From Psammoneis japonica (Eukaryota), in contig QPGO01000035.1 in NCBI GenBank assembly GCA_008632985.1, positions 483,899 to 547,898 of the forward strand: a stretch of 64,000 nt of DNA, written 5' to 3'. The notes beneath the pieces were generated by a model. The model did not search any database. It was given only the letters and a program-made list of their open reading frames with translations, and was not told the DNA's origin. Positions 21,000-34,041 of the stretch are shown piece by piece (position 1 is the first letter of the stretch; the number at the start of each line of letters is the position of its first letter). A program made the position numbers and the translations under genes.

Positions 21000-23900
21000 C
21001 AATGCGGATGGCCCTTGGTGCTGCAGTCCCACGAAGCCTGCACTGGGTTTGAATGATGGTCTTTCCACAGACAGATCAGGCACAGGAATGGAGAGTCCAT
21101 GACTTGCAGAGGAATGGTGGGCCCTTTCATCAAGGAGAACTTGAATGAAAACATCTTGCTGTGGCTTGGGTGTTGCACTCACAATCCATGCTGGAATGCA
21201 GGGAGCAAAATCCTTTCTCCCTCAAAGAGCTCCACAATCACACCTGTCTGTCTTTGCTGCATCACCTTTTGCTCCCTGCCAGGTTGGCTTGTGGCAAAGA
21301 TGCCCAACTCTGCAGCAAGAACCCAGAGATTTTGGTGATTTGGAAGCCCAGTTGCTTCTTCCGCAAGATTCTTGATGTCTTCTGCTGGTGCCTTTCCCAC
21401 AGTGCAGGCTGCCTTGCAATGAAGCTGCTTTTCTGTTTTCCATTTGTGGTGCTTTTTCTCAAAGTGTGCGAAGGTCAACCTTGCATGCTTGGAGTGAATG
21501 ATGTGCCCACAGCCTTTGCACTTTGGTGGATGACCCTGCTTCTTGCTTTGTGGTTTGAACTCCAAGCTCACTTTCTTGAAAATTTTGGCACCCTGCCTTG
21601 GCTGGGGAAGGAGCATTTGGCTCCAATGTGGCCCCATGTTTGACAGCTTCTCTCTCATGTTTGATGGTGACTGTCCTGGTTGTGCCTTCCTCATCCATTT
21701 CATGGACAGCAACAATGGCTTCTTGCCCTGCTGTGTGAGCCAGCACTTGGCACTCATCTTTCTCTGAAAAGAAATGCAGCAGATTGCTTTTGTCACATCT
21801 GTCATAAAAAATCCACCCTTTGCCAGCATGCAGCTTGATGCAGCAAGTGAAGTGCACATTGTTTTGTGTGTTGATGGTTCCCTGCAGCAGCCCTTTTCTG
21901 CCTCCAAAGCTGATGGACTTTGGGGCAGTTGACAAGTCAGAGGTTGGACCTTTTGCTGGTCCATGACACACCAACAAATGAGGGCACCTCACAACTCTTT
22001 TTTCCAATGACCACACAGTGTTGCCAGCAAAGATGAGTCAGTCTCTCAGTTGAGGAGCTGCAGGTCATTTGGAGACATCTCATTGCCACCACCTTCCAGA
22101 CATGCACCGGTGTCCTCTCCCATTGTCCTGTGAAGTGTCTCTTGCAGGTGAGAGAGGTCATTGATGCACTCCAAAGTGGCACGGGTTTCTGTCACAGTGG
22201 TTGGCTCTGCATTTGGGCACCAATGTTTTCCACCAGCACACAGCCACTCAAACTTGAGCTCCACCTCAAATGATGCAAAGAGAATGGGTGGCCAAAAAGC
22301 ACCACAATTGATGGGCCAAACATGTCAAACGTTTTGGCATGTGTGCTGCTCCTCACCTCTGTGCAATCCATGCAAGGCAGTGCTGTTGGATCAGCAACCC
22401 AAAGGTGACAAGCATTGTCATGCCTCCCAACCTTCATGAGATCCACAGTTCTTACAAACAAGTGGTCAGGCTGCTGAAGCTCAGCCATTTGCCTGTTCAG
22501 CAGACCAAGGTGGTCAAGGCCTCCAAAAAGAATGATGAAGCTGTCCACAGGGCACATGTTGGTGATTCCTCTGCATGAGGGGGTGCCCTTCACACCCCAC
22601 CTTGGTGGGTCAAACATCCTGGCCAACACAGCATTGGGGTCATCATCATGGTAGAAGTCTGTCACTGATGTTTGCACAGATGTCTTGTTTGACCTTGTTG
22701 AGTGCTTCTTTTTTGGAAGATTGTTGTGCATGCTTGAGCAACTTGTCTGATGTGTCAGGAGCTCTCCCATCATTGGGAACTTGCACTTCTTGGACTTTTT
22801 CCTGGGCTTGTTGCAGCCACTCTGAGCACTCCTGTGTGTGCCATGGCAAGTGGCAATGCCTGCCTGCACTGCCTTCCTGTTGTGTTGATCAGAGTTGCAG
22901 AACTTCCATGCATGAAGAAGTGTTTCTCCAACCATCATTTTCCCCTGACGGTGCTTGTTTGAAAGAGTTTTCCAACATTTTTTTTAGCATTGGTGTCATC
23001 ACAAAGGCTTTCACTCTTTTGGGCTTGCCTTTCATTCAGATTTTTGCAAGCATGAAGAAAAACGGTGGCTTGTTTTGGATCAAGGTGCCACTTGAGCCAA
23101 GAGAACCGGCATTCGGGAAGCACTTGAAAAACATTTTGCAGCAATGCTCCAGCTTTTTGTGCTGTCCTTGGGAAAATGATCCATCTCATCAACCTGGCAG
23201 TTGAACTTGCCCTCCAATTCAGCAGAGACAACACCTCTGTTGTGCACAACTCTTGCGCCAGATCTCTCAAAGTGAGCGCTGCAAATCCTGCAAAGGTGGT
23301 TTGTTTCTTCATCTGCAACCTTTGATTTGTCAAACTTTTCTTTTGCAAATGCTTTCATGGCAGCAAAAAAAAAAACCATTCCAAATGGCATCTGACAAGT
23401 CACTGGCATTGCCATGAAACTCCTCTGCAAACTGTGGCCATGACGCAGCTCTGTGGTGCACCTGAGCACAGCCTGCCAGCGCACTTTGTAGTGGGCTGTT
23501 GTTTTCCCAATCAGAATGCTGATGCAAAGAGGGGTCCACATTTGCAGGGTGAGGTCAAACCCTGAGGTGAGCGTGATGTTAATTTCACCTTGGAAGTCCA
23601 GATCAAACACAAAACCTTCCACAGAGTCTGTTTGCAGGGGGCTGCAGCCTTCTTTCAACAGCTCAATCATGCCATCATTTTGCACAATGATGTGTTGTTT
23701 TCTGTGGTGAGTTGCTCACTTTGAATGAAGGAGCTGCCAATGTCATTTCTGAAGTTTGCCAGCTTTGCAATTGAGGGTCAATCAGACAGAGGCTTCAGGG
23801 CCTTTTTGAGCAAACAAGTCACTCTGTCCAAGTTGAGCAATGCTGGGTGCAGCTTTGAAACTGGTGCCCTGGTTGGGTTGCCAACCCTGAGCTGTGATGG

Positions 23901-26700
23901 AAATGCCTCTGAAGTCAAATGGACAAGGTTGTCAAACTCAATTTGTGCTTGATGTGTCAACTTGGTGGGCAGGGGCCTGGGTTGTTTGTGTGTTCCTTTG
24001 TGCTGCACAAGCCAAGCAAAGCCTCCTGTGTTTGTGAAGGTCATTGTGCAGGTGCAAGGAATGTGCTCCATTGGTGGTGGCTTGTCCTCTGGGTCACTGG
24101 GACAGTTGGTGCACACACCAGCTTTGATGGCATGGGAGCCATGAACTTCTTTTTTCCACCCTGTGGCTGGTGGGGCCTTTTAACAAAAAGGCTGCAACTT
24201 GTGCAAATGTGGACACCCATGCAGTGTTTGCAAATTGTCTTTTTGTTGCCGCGCTCAACACAAGAGTGGACTCCCATTGCCCAGCCAACACCCAGGCAGC
24301 AGCCTGGCAAGCCTCCTGCAACAGACCACAATTGAGAGAAGTTGTTGGGAAACTTGGGCAAGCCCCCATCCATGTCTGACAAGCCAGGGACAAAGGCAGC
24401 AGAGATGGATCTGTGTCTGAAGGGCCAGATGGAGCTTTGTCTGAGAACATGGGGAAGCTTTTGGCAGGGGATTGAGCCTGTCCCAGTGATTGGGTGCTTT
24501 TCCTGCCAATGGATGACGGTGACAGCTGTGACACCTGAGCTCTGTGGGCCTCAGACTGGTGGCTAGAGTTGGACACCTTTTGCAAAAAGCTGGCTTGAGC
24601 TGGAGCAGGCCAAGGTCTGTCAAGGTCAGGAGGCTCAAGATTGGCACTGGCTGCATTGTTCAATGTCAAAAGCATGTCTCTTTGGTGCTGCTCAAACTCC
24701 ATCCTCTTGAGCAAAAGCTTGGGCTGCACAAACTGAGCAAGTGGCCTTGCTGTGTTGGGGGGGGGGGGGGAGTGAGCCCATCCTCTGGCTTGCTTTCTGG
24801 GGTGCTCATGGCTCAGTTGATGGTGTTTTTTAGAAGTGACAACTTTGTTGAACAAGCTGGACTTGAGATTGTCTGCCAAAATTAAAAATTGGGCCGCCAC
24901 GTCTGGCAGGTGGGACAGACTTCCTTTTGCAAAAATGCAAAGAACAGAAAGAAGCAGCAAAGTCAAGATGGAACTTGCCACAAAGTGCTTTGCACTGGGC
25001 TCAGATCTGAACAAAAAACTTTCTCAGGCTTTTGGGGAAGGACCCTGCACAGGAGAGGAGCAGGGGAATTTTTCTTTCCTTGCTCTGAGAAAAGTTTCTT
25101 GAAGCAGAAATGAGCCCACTTTTTTTGTGGTTTTCTCCAACCAGCGCAAGTGCTCTGAGCACAATGAATTGATGGCTTCACCAACAGCAAAGAAAAAGTG
25201 AGGACAGTGAGGTGACACTGTTTCTCCACACAAAAGCTGCACCAGATTCCTGTGGAAACAATTTTCTGGACAAAAATTTGTTGGCACAACAGAAAAGCAA
25301 ATGCTGTTGAATTCTTTGTGTCACCAGAATTTCTGGTGAGTTTTGGTGAAGAGCAGAAAGAAGAAGAGGAAGAGTTGGTTGCGGAAGAAATGAAGCAACT
25401 GTTGGTCGGCGTTGATTTGCCATTTTGGTGTTTTGTGGTTCAGCATCATGTGAAAAGGCGTGGATTGAATGCTCAGTGCAGAAATCCACATGGTCAGTGC
25501 TGGGGACATCCACGGGATTGAACAGAGAAACTGCTTTTGAATTTTGGTTGCACGGACATTGGCAAAAAACGTCGTGCTGTGCACTTTTCCCTTTTCTGAC
25601 ATCAACTTGGCTGTCATTTTCATTGGGGGGGGGGGGGGCAACAGAAATTGGGTGAAAAAGTGTGCCAGGGCAGTGCAAATTGGCAAAACAGAGTGTCAGC
25701 AAGTGTGCCACCCTTGTGTTTTTGTCAAGTGTGTTGCCACAAGTGAGCGAGTGCATGTGACCCGGGTGCAGTTTGTGCAGAGCCCAGGTGAAGGCATGGT
25801 GCACCAAACACTCGTCACAAAAAATTTGTTCTGCTCCTTGGTCTCCAATCTGTGCCCCGAACAAGAAATGTTGCATGGTTCTGCATGATGTTGACTTTTT
25901 CCACACAAAACCTGTGCACTGTTTGAGTGCAAAATGTCGACGTTCCTCTTTGCCAGCAACTTCAGGAGAATGACTCAGCTTGACACATTTGGACCCACAG
26001 ACATTTGGCTTTGATGCTCATGAAGCAGTGCACATGGCCCTGATGACAAAACCCATGCACAATGCAAAACTTTGAATGGGACAGAAAATTCTGGAAATTG
26101 TTGCCAAAAGTCACAATTCGATGGTGTCTGCATGCTTCCCTGGCAAGGCATGCATGTGTCCTTCACTTTTTTGCACCCTGTTTGTTGCTTGCCCTGTGGT
26201 CCATTCAGATGTGTCGCATCATCCAGGTTTGCACGGCACAGCACAGATCTCTTCAAAAGCAGTGTCCAAACTGCAGGTCCAAACTCTGTCCGAGGGCTTG
26301 CAATGCCATTGGACAAAACTGTCACAGTCAAAAAAGCTCATGTTTGTTGTCAGTGTTCATTTGAGCAGAAGAGTGAAGAGTTCCGTCATTTGTTTTTTTG
26401 TTTTGGTTTTCTTCACAATTTTAAAAATTTTGTTGGGCCAACCCAAGCCAAGCAAAAAAAGAAAATGAAAAAGATGAAATGGCTCGAAAAGCTCGAACTT
26501 GCCCGGATTTTCACCCTCAACTCTTTTGCACGCAACTCGGCCGAAACAAAAAAGAGTCCGACTCTTTTTTCACAAACCCAGAAGCGTGAAAAAAGAGAAA
26601 AGAGTGATGTGGGCCCCACATGCTGTCACACATTTCGCACATGTGTCTTGGTTTGCACAGGACACCAGCAAAGCAAACCAAAGTTCGCCTCACGCACCAC
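21000..26700 (-). mobile_element. Decayed Mutator-like (MULE) DNA transposon with a GCM-like Cys/His domain
   Basis: CKHCMGVHICTSCSLFVKRP...MEHIPCTCTM...HKGTHKQPRP (GCM-like) at ~24.0-24.3 kb; TSGFDLTLQMWTPLCISILIGKTTAHYK and DDTNAKKNVG (MULE core-like) at 23.0-23.6 kb. Boundaries are approximate. Confidence 0.55.
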
Positions 26701-27583
26701 ATCATCAAGTCACACTGGTGGTCTGTGATTGTTTTTGACGACTTCTTTCAATGTCATGACTGCAGACGCAACACCAATTGACAATTTGAAGCAGGTGTGA
26801 CATGTCTCTTGAAGGAATTGGTGAAGCACGCAGCAGTTCTTCTGCAGCAGACCTTTTGTTTCAAATGGTGTTTTCGGTCTTGATGTGCATCACAGAAAGT
26901 CAACACATGAAGTCCCTAAAGTGGATCTGCGTGACACAGAAGCAGCCACGCCAACCAATTTAGATGTGACTCATTCAACAGCGCCATTCTCATGTTGTTT
27001 GATTTTAGATTGGGGGCTCAAAATGGCCCGAGAAGTGTGCAAAAACTTTCCACTTGACAACCACTCAAGTCATCCCATGAGCCTGTTGCATTTGCACTGA
27101 ACAAAAAAAGAAACAGCACCCACAGACTAGAAAAATGTGGAGGTTCTAACGGTGTTCTTATTTTTTCTGTGGTTGTGGGCAGTCATCTTCACTCATTGTC
27201 GTGTGAGGCCTCTCGCTTTGCTTGGCATCAGCATGCCCAAGACACCCGGATATTTTCAATTTAGCTTTTTAATTTTCTCACCAACCAGGCCTGCGGGAGG
27301 CATTGACCACTTGTCTTTCTTTGTGGGTGTGGGTGTGTGCATGCCGTTGCATGCTGCATTGCCTGTACGTACGTAGGGCCCTACCGCCGGGGCCGGTATT
27401 GTAGTATGTGGCGGCTGAGTGGCGTGGCCACCGCACCGGTGACGCGGATGACCGTTATATTTGATGTCTCATGCCATTTTTGGGGCTGTAGCGAGGTGCA
27501 CGGACACTCTTTTTTTCCAATTTATCGCCATAATAGCGCATCGCACAAACTCACTTATTGTTCGATATGTTTTCCCCAATAGG

Positions 27584-27937
27584 ACTTTTTCGTGTAGAAT
27601 TCACGATAAATTATCTTTGTATATAACTGAATACATTTTTGAACATGCCACGCCGGCAATCCCAATTTTTCAGAACTTTCGAGCTCTCCTGAAAAACCGT
27701 GCCACGTACCCGTCGTAGGGAATTTATCGATTTTTTAGGATGTCCCCACGACCTCTCATGTCCTCAATGATCATTCTACGAATCCGAAGAGTTCATCTGT
27801 ACTAAACAACCCATACCCTTTCCGAAATCCGAGGGACACACTTTCAAATTCAGACGGACTGCCCCACTGCCCGACTGCCCGACCCCCCGACTGCCCGACC
27901 CCCCGACTGCCCGACTGCCGGACCGACACGAAAAAGT
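27584..27937. repeat. 354-bp segment bounded by a perfect 12-bp inverted repeat, with internal (ACTGCCCG)n-type repeats; possible MITE
   Basis: ACTTTTTCGTGT at 27584-27595 and ACACGAAAAAGT at 27926-27937; ctgcccgac/cccccgac repeats at 27858-27925; no TSD seen. Confidence 0.4.
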
Positions 27938-28029
27938 GAGTGGTCAATGAAAAAATTTTCTTTTTTCGCTCGGCTCTACTCTGGGTGCGGAAAAAGTTAG
28001 ACCCCCCCTTTATCCCTTAGTAGAACAAA

Positions 28030-28698
28030 ATGGCGTCTCGCTGTTCTTCCAGATCGGTCACCACCTACTCACTTCGAGACTACTTCTTGAGTTCCATCGA
28101 CAAAACGAGGTGAGAACCGCAAAAGACGGTGAGATCATTTTGGAGCAAAAAAGACATGGGACGAGCAAGCCGTGTTAGCAAAACTCGCGGTCTCGGGCTG
28201 GGTGGTGTTGTCGAGGTTGCCGCCTCTGCCGAAGATGTCTGGAGAATGGTTACCAATGTGTTGAATCACCCTGAGATCTTTGATTGATGTGAATCTGTCA
28301 CCAACTTGAATACTAGAATACCTTTGAACTCCCTAAAACCAGGGGCCCGGTTCCTCTCCAAGCACGGACCCCTCGGAGACTTTGTGATTAGCGTTACGGA
28401 CATGGTGGATGAAAGGGATCGCAAGGTGTTTTCCTTTGCCACCACTCGATGGCAATGTACCGGAACATTCAGCTGCAACATTGCTGCCACGGGTGAAGAT
28501 CTCTGCCGCTTATGGGGAGGCTTTGCCTTGGTCCCCAATGGCTGGTATGGAGCAATCTTCATCAAGGTCTTTCGACGAAAGATCTACAAGGATGCGGAAT
28601 ACTTTATGTATTCTGACCTTCGTGACATTAAAATCGCCGCCGAGTCTGGCAAGTTTTTCAACACGGACGAAATGAAGGGCCATCTTCAATACCGGTAG
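28030..28698 (+). pseudogene. SRPBCC/polyketide-cyclase-like protein with two in-frame TGA codons
   Basis: A single frame runs from ATG 28030 to TAG 28698, with TGA at 28111 and 28285. VVEVAASAEDVWRMVTNVLNHPEIFD*CESV...KPGARF...DLRDIKIAAE is the typical SRPBCC layout. Confidence 0.6.
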
Positions 28699-29410
28699 AA
28701 AGAAAATTGACTGGAAGGTTGACACGGTTTGGCTCGTTCGTCTGAGCGTACGACTTGCTTGTTTCCTTTGTCCTGTCGCTGGCTTATCTGCCTCCCACAA
28801 GTTGTTGCAACACAAGTGTTCTTCCATTTTTGCTTATTATTCTTGCGTAAATAACAGCAGTTATTCCATCCGTACTCGTTACTTCCTGTGCACAAGTTAA
28901 GATTGTTGATAACACCAACTCGACATTGCGAAAAAACAAGCATTGCAAGTGCAAATCCATGAAAAGTATTGATTTTGAGATCCATGCTCAATGCCATCCA
29001 AAAGGGAGCAGTCACGATGTCTTAACTCTTGGAAAGTCGATCGTATGATGAACCGTTGGGAAACAGATCCCGACTCTATTCTTATCCAAATGTTTCACTC
29101 TTAATTGAATCAGAACTACGCTTGTGCTCCCGTGGAAGAGTGGCTACAAGTGACGGTGAATTTTTTGGGGTTTTTATAATTTTAGATTAGAGGACTGGAC
29201 TAGATAGAAAAACGTTCTCGTTTAGAAGGGAAGAAAAATATGAATGTAGACATCTTGTCGGTGCTTTCTAGGAACATCGGGTAGACTGTTGCAATACACA
29301 CGATATCGCCGACAACAGAATTTTAAGAAGTCGCGTAGAATGTAAGATGGACGCTATGTCCACTGAAGCATCTCCGCAACGAGTATAGGAGGCCCAGTCG
29401 AAACCACGAA

Positions 29411-31785
29411 TTACGATGAACCTGACAACTGGAATGCATAAGCAGATCCAGATAGATTTTCGGTGACGTCCGTTCCATACGCACCAACTCCAAGGATAAC
29501 TCCGTTGGAGGACAAAGACACGGAAACTCCAAACTGATCACCTTCGGCAACTCCACTAAAGTGTTGTCCCACTTGGGTCCATTCCTTTGTGATGCCATTG
29601 TATTGAAAGACCCCGACTCGACCAGCTTCAAACAACCCATTGACAACATTATGTTCAAAACTCCCTATAGCTACAACGTTTCCATTCCCACTTAGCGAAA
29701 CAGAATAACCAAACTGGTTGTTTGGCTGTGTTGTCAACAGCGTCTGGCCACGTTGTGTCCAGGTCGACGTTGCACGGTCGTACGCATAAATCGCTGCACT
29801 ATCATTTCCCCATGCACCCACAGCAACGACCAAGCCGCTGTCATCCAGAGAAACAGAAGAACCAAACCCATCATTTTCGATTGGATCACCCATTTGATTC
29901 CACCAAGACGATTCGGAATCCAACTCGTAGAAGGACGCTCGTCCAACCGCTCCAATGCCAACGATGGTTCCCGAGCGACTCAACGAAACGGAACGACCAA
30001 ACTCATCGTCCCGAGCAAGTCCGACAAGTGTTTGGCCAAGTCGGTTCCACGATGACTCGAAACGCTCGAATTGAAACAATCGCACCGATCCTCCATTCGG
30101 TGCTCCGACGGCCAGAACGTCTCCAGCCTCTGATAGAGACACAGAAAAGCCAAACTGATCGTCTTCTGATTGTCCATCCACATCAGAGCCGATTTGAACC
30201 CAACTATCCGTCAATTCGTTGTATTCAAATAATCGAACATGACCATGATCCAAACGATTGCCTGGACCGCCAACGGCCAAAATGCCGCCGTTTCCATTCA
30301 ACGACACAGACGCACCAAAGGAGTCATTATTCTCTTCTCCAATCAAATCTTGCCCCATGGGTGCCCACATTTTCGTGGCTTGATTCAATCGAAAGACAGA
30401 GACAAAACCAGGCTTGACTGCAATCGATTGTGGTGCCCCCACCGCCAAAACGTTGCCGTCACGTGACATGGAGACGGACTCTCCAAAAAAGTCATCTTCG
30501 GCTTTGCCATGCAGGACTTGCCCGAGGGCTTGCCACGGGCCGTCTGGCAACAAGGACACAACAGGAGTTGGCGCTGGACTTGGTGGAGCTGTGATAGTTG
30601 GAGAGATCGTGGGGCTGAGAGTTGGAGTTGGTGAAGTGGTGTTGGGTGGGTTCGTGGTGGGTCCTGTAGACACCGTGGAAGTGGGAGACGGTGTCGGACT
30701 TGGTGTCGGTGTGCCGAGACCAATTTCGACCAGATTGTCAAAAATGTCATTTTCAGCAGACTCTCCTGCGGCCTTGAGACTATTCACATACGCCGATTTT
30801 CGAGCTGCTGTGCGGAATGGTTCCACCACGAGACTCTCAACGGGAATATCGCTGTCGCCGTTGGATGTGTAAGTGAAAGCTTGCCTGTAGGTCACTTCGA
30901 GAGCCTTGGCATCCGATGCAACGCTCGTGCTAGTTACCTCCATCGTGGTTTCCAGGTTCTGTACGTTGGATATTTGCATCTTACGGCTCAAGAGGAGGCG
31001 ACGAGTTTGAAAGACGTTCTCTACGAAATCCTTCGTGGTACTCGTCCACAATTCAGAGTCCGAGGAATCAAAGGTGCGATTCACGCCGACCAAACTCATT
31101 GTCAAACCTGTTGCCTCCCTGGAAACAGTGTCAGGACCACTAGTCTTATCGTCCTTGTCTCTTAAAGAGAGTACAACCGCAACTACCACAGCCGCAATGA
31201 CAATCACTAGAGCAACGACTCCAAATACCACCAAACGTTTGCGGCGTTTGCCGTCAACCGGTTGATGATCCGCATCACGATCCGTATCCTGATGAACAAG
31301 TGTGCGAAGATGAGCAACCTCTTCGCTTAAACGCTGCACCTCTTCATGATCCATGTTTTCGTCTACCACATATGCATGAACATCAATAGCCCCGTCGTTT
31401 CTTCCACGTGATGAGGAGATAATTCGGTCAAGTGGGTCACATCATCGTCGGATGGAGCAATAGCTCGCTCGCGTTGGACCGTTTGCCCCCCACTGCCACG
31501 GACCGCAAAAGCCCCCACTACCGGAGGAACCACCTGTTGTTGCTCATCCAATCTGCTGGTTTCCGTCGTTGTGTCGATAGATCTACCTCGATCGGTTGTT
31601 GCCCGGTTCTCGTCTTGTTGTGCCGATGCGAACTCCACTTGTTGTCTTGTTGTTGTTGTTCCTCGATTTCCTCCTTGCGATGCATTGAATCTTCTTTTCG
31701 AATTCTTTACGACCTTCTTATTGTCTACAGCCTCCTGCTGTCTCCGTCTAGCTCCTCGTTTTTTAGATGATGGTGACGCATTCAT
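29411..31785 (-). CDS. Single-pass membrane protein with a Pro/Thr stalk and FG-GAP beta-propeller; one apparent frameshift near 31390
   Basis: N-terminal low-complexity part with VVGAFAVRG (ORF 31363..31785), continuing after a 1-nt shift as AIDVHAYVVDENMD; TM LVVFGVVALVIVIAAVVVAVVL; PT repeats; about 7 FGxSVSLSxxGxxLAVGA repeats. Confidence 0.8.
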
Positions 31786-32509
31786 GGCTTCCTATCGTGT
31801 AGCTAAAGTCTCTTGTGATTGCTGACCTTATGTAGTGTCGTGCCAAAGATCAAAGATCCAAGATCTGGGACAGGGCAGGGCAAGCAAGCTGGCACCGGTA
31901 TGAAAATACGCAGGGCCCTAGCTAGACCAAGGATTTATAAGTCTGTCAGGATGTACAAGCTCCTGTACAAATCTACGCACGAGCCTGTTGCCATGCGTGG
32001 TACGAACACCGTTAAAATTTGTACTTCGTTTTACGGCAGTCTACGTAGGGCTTCTGACGGGACGAACTTATCATTCATAAATATCCATGCACAAATATCA
32101 TAGATACCTCGAAGACGAAACGTGATGGAGGGGAGAAAACAGACGGCACACGAAACGTGATGGAGGGGGGATAACAGACGGCACGAAATGTGATGGTGCG
32201 GGCGGTGGCGTACGTGGATGAAGACAGAGACGAAATGGAATTTCAAATGTGGTAGCTCTAAAATCTGCCGCCGATTGCCAATCAACCCAATGACTGATTG
32301 ATTGTTGTAACGATGAGTGATGATGTATGCTGCTGTAGTTCGCCAAATTGTCATGTGTTTCAACAAGCGCTGATTCACGCTGTGCAATGATCCACTTTGG
32401 GGTCGCCCGCTGGCAAGGACACGCGTGACGCAAAACACACGATGCAAGCGTCTCGTCCAAAGCATTGTCCATTGCTTGAAGCCCGAGAGAAGCACTAAAA
32501 TTTTATGCA

Positions 32510-33650
32510 TTGCCCCTCATCACTGGCCAAGAATCAAAAACAAGACACCACCAGATGGGAAAGACAGAGATGGAGAATGACATTGTCAGTTTGTTTGTCA
32601 TGCCCTCCAGCTGTGCATGATGCCTGCAACATGTTTGATCTTGCAGAGTTGCCACCAGATTGCTGCACATGCCAACACAGAGTCCACTTGGCCTGTGAAG
32701 TGTGAAGACCTTGGAAACTTCACTTTGGCTGTCAAGACTCTTCCATTCACAGCTGAGCTGAGCATTTGCTTGCTCTCTTCTCAGCAAGAATGGTTGTTGC
32801 CACAGGAGCAGCCACAATTTGCCTCCTTTGACTCAACCACCCAGCCTCCACTCACATGCTCTTCATGCCAAGGTGTTCTTTAAATGCACACCAAGTGGTG
32901 TCATGCCATGTGGGGTTCCAGCTTGTTCCCCCGAAATGAGCTTGTCCATGGACACATGTCCTGCAGTGGCAAGAAGTCATGTGGTGGACCTTGCACCTTG
33001 ATTTTTCATTTGGGGTGAGGGCACAAATGTCTTTGCAGTGTGCCCAAATGTGCTCAATTTCCTTGTTGTTGCATGATGGAAAAATGTGCAAAGTGCACAC
33101 AGGCACAAAGCTCACATGCTGGCCATCATTTTGAGACTGTGCCATTGCCCCCATTTGCAAGATTGTTGCAAAGGCAAGATTGTGGCAACAGTTTGCTGCT
33201 GCTTGTGTTTGAAACAGTGCTTGCTCACATGCACAGTCAACAACTCTGGAGCGTGTTGGGGTTGAAGGCAGGCCACCCAGAAAAGTTGAGTGGCAATGAT
33301 TTTAATGCACTCTTTTGGTTGAGGAACTGACTGGGGTGCAAATGCACATGCACATCACATCTGCACGCATGATGTCAGAGCTGTTTTTTCTTTTCTCTCC
33401 CACCATGACAAGTGGGCAGCCATTCACAGGAGATTTTTTGGAAGGCGACAATGATGCATTTTGTTTGGGAAGGCGATGATGATGGAATTTCTTTTGGCAC
33501 GCACCACAACAGTAATTCAGAACAATGAAAAAGCCTTCAGTTTCTAAATGCAGCCAGGAAAAAGGGCATCACTTGGCTGCATCATTTGGTTGTGTTGAAC
33601 AAAGTGACTGCCCTTTCAGATGTGATGAAGATTCATTTCTTTGCACCGCA
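32510..33650. mobile_element. TpA/CpG-depleted patch, unclassified decayed TE
   Basis: Abrupt compositional switch like that of the larger TE blocks; no recognisable ORF. Confidence 0.4.
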
Positions 33651-34041
33651 ACAGTCTTACGAACGGAAATTAGGTCGCTTTCTTAGTTTTTAACGATACA
33701 ATCAGCAAAGGCCTACCGGTAGAGTGAAAGAATTGGGAGTCAGTTAGCTACGAGCGAGCACTGTACTATACTACCACGAACATTTCGTAAGTAAATCCGA
33801 CCCATTCTACAATCTGTGGGTGATCTATTTTAGAAAACGAAGGATGATTAGGTCTTCCCCCCATGCTTGTGTTATTACAAAGAACATTTTTTCTTACTTC
33901 AATTAGATAATTTTAGGATAAAATGATCTCCACCGAAAAATACTACCAACATATATGAGCAAGCTGCACTACACTACAACATACATGCTTGCCTCGAGAG
34001 TTCCAATAATCGCAATCGATTTTCATCTCGTATCAAAGGAT

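Noticed and set aside
2500..27000. Hundreds of short overlapping Cys/His/Gln-rich ORFs
   Set aside because: A by-product of TAA/TAG loss and TG/CA excess in decayed TEs; not real metal-binding proteins.
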